Below are positions 60,196 through 64,000 of a stretch of DNA of 64,000 bases, in pieces. A program made the translations under genes and the position numbers. Source of the stretch: an uncultured Acidimicrobiales bacterium (GTDB lineage Bacteria > Actinomycetota > Acidimicrobiia > Acidimicrobiales > RAAP-2); contig CAWFDU010000005.1 in assembly GCA_963814655.1 (NCBI GenBank), positions 10,069-74,068 on the forward strand. The letters are read 5' to 3'. The notes below the pieces were generated by a model that saw only the letters and a program-made list of their open reading frames with translations, was not told where the DNA came from and did not search any database. Position 1 is the stretch's first letter. Each line of letters starts with the position of its first letter.

Positions 60196-60374
60196 GTCGG
60201 TTCCTCGTGCCCTTCTGTCGGCGGTCCCTGCTGCTCGACCGAACGCTGTCCTGCCTGTGCTGCCCGACCCCGGCGAGGCCGGTGCCGGACCGGTGGTCCG
60301 GACCACCAACCCTAGCGGCTGGGGTGCCGCGGTCGGGACTTCGTGGCGGTCCGGCCCGTCGGTGGCACGACTCC

Positions 60375-61024
<650 letters not shown>

Positions 61025-61028
<4 letters not shown>

Positions 61029-62373
61029 TCCGAGTCCTCCTCGCCCTGGTTCACCGTGAGGTCGTCCCGCGACACGGGCGCCCCGTTCTCGTCCACCAGC
61101 TCGACCGAATCCACGAGCCAGCGCATCGCTTTGGCCTTGCGCCTGTCCGAGCGTACCGCCGAGAGGCGCCCGGCCTGTTCGAGCTGGTTCCGCACCTGGT
61201 CGGGCTCCATGTCGAGCCGGGTGCCCATGGCGGCCAGCTCCTCGTCGAGCTCCTCCTCGCGTGATCTCGATCTCCTCGGCCTCGACCAGGGCCCGCAGGG
61301 CCAGGTCGGCCTTCACGCTCTGCAGCGCCTGGGCCTTGAGCTCCTCGAGGAACTCGTCCTCCGACCGTCCGGTCACACCCAGGAACTGGCCGAGGCTCAT
61401 GCCCTGGCCCTCGAGCCGGTGGTTGAGGTCGTGGATCCGCTCGCGCAGCTCCTGGACCACCATCTGCTCGGGGATCTCCTCGGTGACCAGCTCGCAGAGC
61501 GCCTCGACCGTCTTCTGCTGGAGCGCCATCTGGGCCTCGACGATCCGTCGCTGGCGCAGACGTGTCGGCGATGTCGGTCCGGAGCTCCTCCAGCGTGTCG
61601 AACTCGGACGCCTCGGACGCCCAGGCGTCGTCTGCGTCGGGAAGGGACAGCTCCTTGACCTCCTTGACGGCCACGGTGAACGACACGGTCTGCCCCAGCG
61701 CCTCGAGTTCGGCGTCGAAGGTCACCGTGTCGCCCGCCCTGGTGCCGAGGAGCTGGTCGTCGAGTCCGGGGATCACCCCGTCGGAGCCGACCTCGTAGAG
61801 GAAGTCGTCGGCCGTCAGGTCGGAGTCGTCACCGTCGGCGTCCGCCTCCGGGCGGGTGCCGCGTATGTCGATGGTGACCTGGTCGCCGGTGAGCACCGGA
61901 CGGGTCACGTCGACCAGCTCACCCGAGGTCGCCCGCAGGCGGTCGATCTGGGCGTCGACGTCCTCGTCGGTCACGTCCAGCGACGGCAGGGTGACCACCA
62001 GTCCGCCGTAGCCGGGGATGGCGACGGTGGGACGGACCTCGACGACCGCCTCGAAGGACAGCGGACCGGACTCCTCGCCCGCGGTGATGTCGATGTCGGG
62101 CTGGTCGATGGGGTCGACCTCGGTCTCGTCGACGGCGCGGGAGTAGAACTCGGGGAGCGCCTCGCGGATGGCCTCGCCTCGCAGCGCGACCCGACCGCCC
62201 ATCCGGGACTCCAGCACCTTGCGGGGCACCTTCCCCGGTCGGAAGCCGGGCACCCGGACCTCGCGCGACAGACGCTGGAACACGTCGTCGAGGGCTTCGT
62301 CCATCTCCGCTTCGTCGATCTCGACGGTGAGACGGACCTTGTTGCCCTCCTCGGGCGCAGCTGTTGCTCGCAT
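61025..62373 (-). CDS. tig: Trigger factor, with two frame breaks (about 61563 and about 61260).
   Basis: ATG at 62371-62373. The N-terminal part ([55 protein letters not shown]...) is in frame 1. [26 protein letters not shown]...[11 protein letters not shown] is in frame 2. [32 protein letters not shown]...EEDSE is in frame 3. Confidence 0.9.
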
Positions 62374-62492
62374 ACGAATAGAGGAGTGTACCGGCCCCCG
62401 GGGCACCCACTTCCCGTACCGCCGGCGGCCGGTCGGCCGGCGCGACGACCATCCCGCCGTCCGACGGGACGCCGCCCGTCCGGACCTTGGCC

Positions 62493-63336
62493 TCAGACCA
62501 TGAAGGCCATGGCGCCCAGCACTCGGCGCCCGAGGGCGACGTCACCCCCCACCCGCACCCCTCCCCCGGCGAGCGCCCGATCGGCGTCGATCCGTCCGAA
62601 CCCCAACCGCCAGAAGGTGTCCTGGTCGAAGGTCAGGGTCGTCGTCGGCCCTTCGGGTCCGGGCGGACCCACGACCGAGGCACGACCACCGGAGACCGTC
62701 ACCGGCACCTGGCGCCCGAGCACGCCGACCACCGAGAACAGCACCGTGGTGCCGTCCGGCGGCGCCACGCGCCGTCCGACCACGTAGGCCATGGTGGAGG
62801 CGCAGCGGTCGAGCACGGTGGACTCGCCCGCGCCGTCGCGTCCCCCCGGGCGTCCGAGGGCGCGGCGGACGTCCTGCTCGTGGACCCAGGTGTCGACGAC
62901 GCGGGATCCCAGGAACTCCCGGTAGGACACCTCGCCCACGGGGCCCCAGGTGAGCTCGTCGAAGCGCTCCACCGGCAGGGCGCGGCAGCTCGCGCCGTCG
63001 ACGGCCGGTGACGGACTCGAACTCCTCGAGCACGTCGGCGCCCGGCACGCCCCTGCGGGCCTGCACCCACGCCTCGTTGAGTGCGCCGTACTCGTTCCGC
63101 ACGTACCCGGGCACGACCCCGGGCGGCGGGGGTGACCCCTCGCCCGTCACCATCCGTTCGACCCCGAGGACATGGGACAGCTGATCCTTGACCGTCCACC
63201 CCGGACAGTCGGTGGGGAGTTCCCATCCGGACGGGTCCAGCCCGGCGCACGCCCCGGCGAACGACGTCCACACCTCCGCCAGGTGGTCGACCACCGGCTC
63301 GTCGTTGGTGGGACCGCCCGTCGGGTCGTCGGACAA
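62493..63336 (-). CDS. DinB_2 / mycothiol-dependent maleylpyruvate-isomerase-like (TIGR03083-type) protein, with a frame break near 62985.
   Basis: TTG at 63334-63336. The N-terminal part contains VDHLAEVWTSFAGACAGLDPSGWELPTDCPGWTVKDQLSHV. The C-terminal part, RALPVERFDELTWGPVGEVSYREFLGSRVVDTWVHEQDVRRALGRPG..., is in another frame. Confidence 0.7.
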
Positions 63337-63340
63337 CCGC

Positions 63341-63829
63341 TCAGCCCGGGAGGTTCGCCTCGATGGCGTCGATCACTTCGGGGGCCTCGGGGTCGACCAT
63401 GGGCCGGAAGCGCTGGAGCACCGTGCCGTCGGGGCCGACGAGGAACTTCTCGAAGTTCCACTGGACGTCCCCGGCCTCGCCGTCGGCGTCGGCGAACGCG
63501 GTCAGCTCCTCGTACACCGCGTGGCGTCCGTCGCCGTTGACGTCGACCTTCTCGAACATCGGGAACGTCACGCCGTAGGTGGTCGAGCAGAAGGTGGCGA
63601 TCTCGTCGGGGCTGCCCGGTTCCTGGGCGCCGAACTGGTTGCAGGGGAACCCGAGGACGGAGAAGCCCCTGTCGCCGTAGGTGGCCTGCAGCCGCTCGAG
63701 GCCCTCGTACTGGGGTGTGAGCCCGCACTTCGAGGCCACGTTGACCACGAGGAGGGTCGTGCCGCGGTAGTCGCCGAGGGAGATCGGCTCGCCCTGCAGC
63801 GTGCGGAGGGAGACATCGTGGATGGTCAT
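63341..63829 (-). CDS. Glutathione peroxidase family protein (Cys type).
   Basis: Sequence MTIHDVSLRTLQGEPISLGDYRGTTLLVVNVASKCGLTPQY...LGFPCNQFGAQEPG...WNFEKFLV. Confidence 0.92.
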   Translation of the reverse strand: MTIHDVSLRTLQGEPISLGDYRGTTLLVVNVASKCGLTPQYEGLERLQATYGDRGFSVLGFPCNQFGAQEPGSPDEIATFCSTTYGVTFPMFEKVDVNGDGRHAVYEELTAFADADGEAGDVQWNFEKFLVGPDGTVLQRFRPMVDPEAPEVIDAIEANLPG

Positions 63830-64000
63830 GATCGGAGTGTAGGGGCGGGACGGACGGGACGGACGGGTCCCCGGGTGGCCGGCCCGGGGTCGGGCCGTCC
63901 GGGGCCGCCCGGCGCCGTGGCGGGGCCGCGGTCGGGCTGCCGTGGGACCGCCGTGGCCGACGCCGGCCCGGACGCGGCCCCGGCCGCGACGGCGGGCGCC

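Overview
This is a very GC-rich chromosomal segment (third codon positions are almost always G/C) with the gene content and order of an Actinomycetota genome. Supporting marks are mtrA-mtrB-lpqB, a whiG-type sigma factor next to rpsB-tsf-pyrH-frr-cdsA, a mycothiol-type DinB protein and an F420/LLM-type oxidoreductase. I can support about 60 protein-coding genes and found no rRNA, tRNA or CRISPR array.

Most of the window is conserved housekeeping backbone, largely on the minus strand:
- infB-ylxR-nusA-rimP, then proS
- ispG-rseP-dxr-cdsA-frr-pyrH-tsf-rpsB
- whiG-like sigma, xerC, mtrA-mtrB-lpqB-like
- rsfS-nadD ... proA ... proB-obg-rpmA-rplU-rne
- a radical-SAM pair, mrdA-mreD-mreC-mreB, ndk, folC, clpX-clpP-tig

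Two accessory blocks interrupt this backbone. One spans about 24.3-33.8 kb and contains an IS481-family element with intact inverted repeats and a 6-bp target duplication. The other spans about 35.1-42.1 kb.

The strongest signal visible directly in the sequence is about 28 single-base frame breaks in 14 otherwise well-conserved genes. These include about 11 in folC, a frame-restoring triple in proA, and a lost cdsA stop that creates an apparent cdsA-dxr fusion. Many sit at short homopolymer or (GC)n tracts, so assembly indels are the leading explanation, but this needs read-level checking.

Candidates for under-described biology:
- a proA-coupled MoxR / VWA(CoxE-like) / histidine-phosphatase / hypothetical cassette
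- a PAS-DHp protein with no kinase domain and Asn in place of the phospho-accepting His
- two adjacent membrane-anchored coiled-coil / two-Cys modules, one fused to a GH43 domain
- a secreted protein with six 42-aa repeats fused to a lysozyme-like domain
- a Rox-like FAD monooxygenase flanked by VOC genes, with an upstream inverted repeat resembling a rifamycin-associated element

All family calls come from reading motifs by eye. No database search was run.
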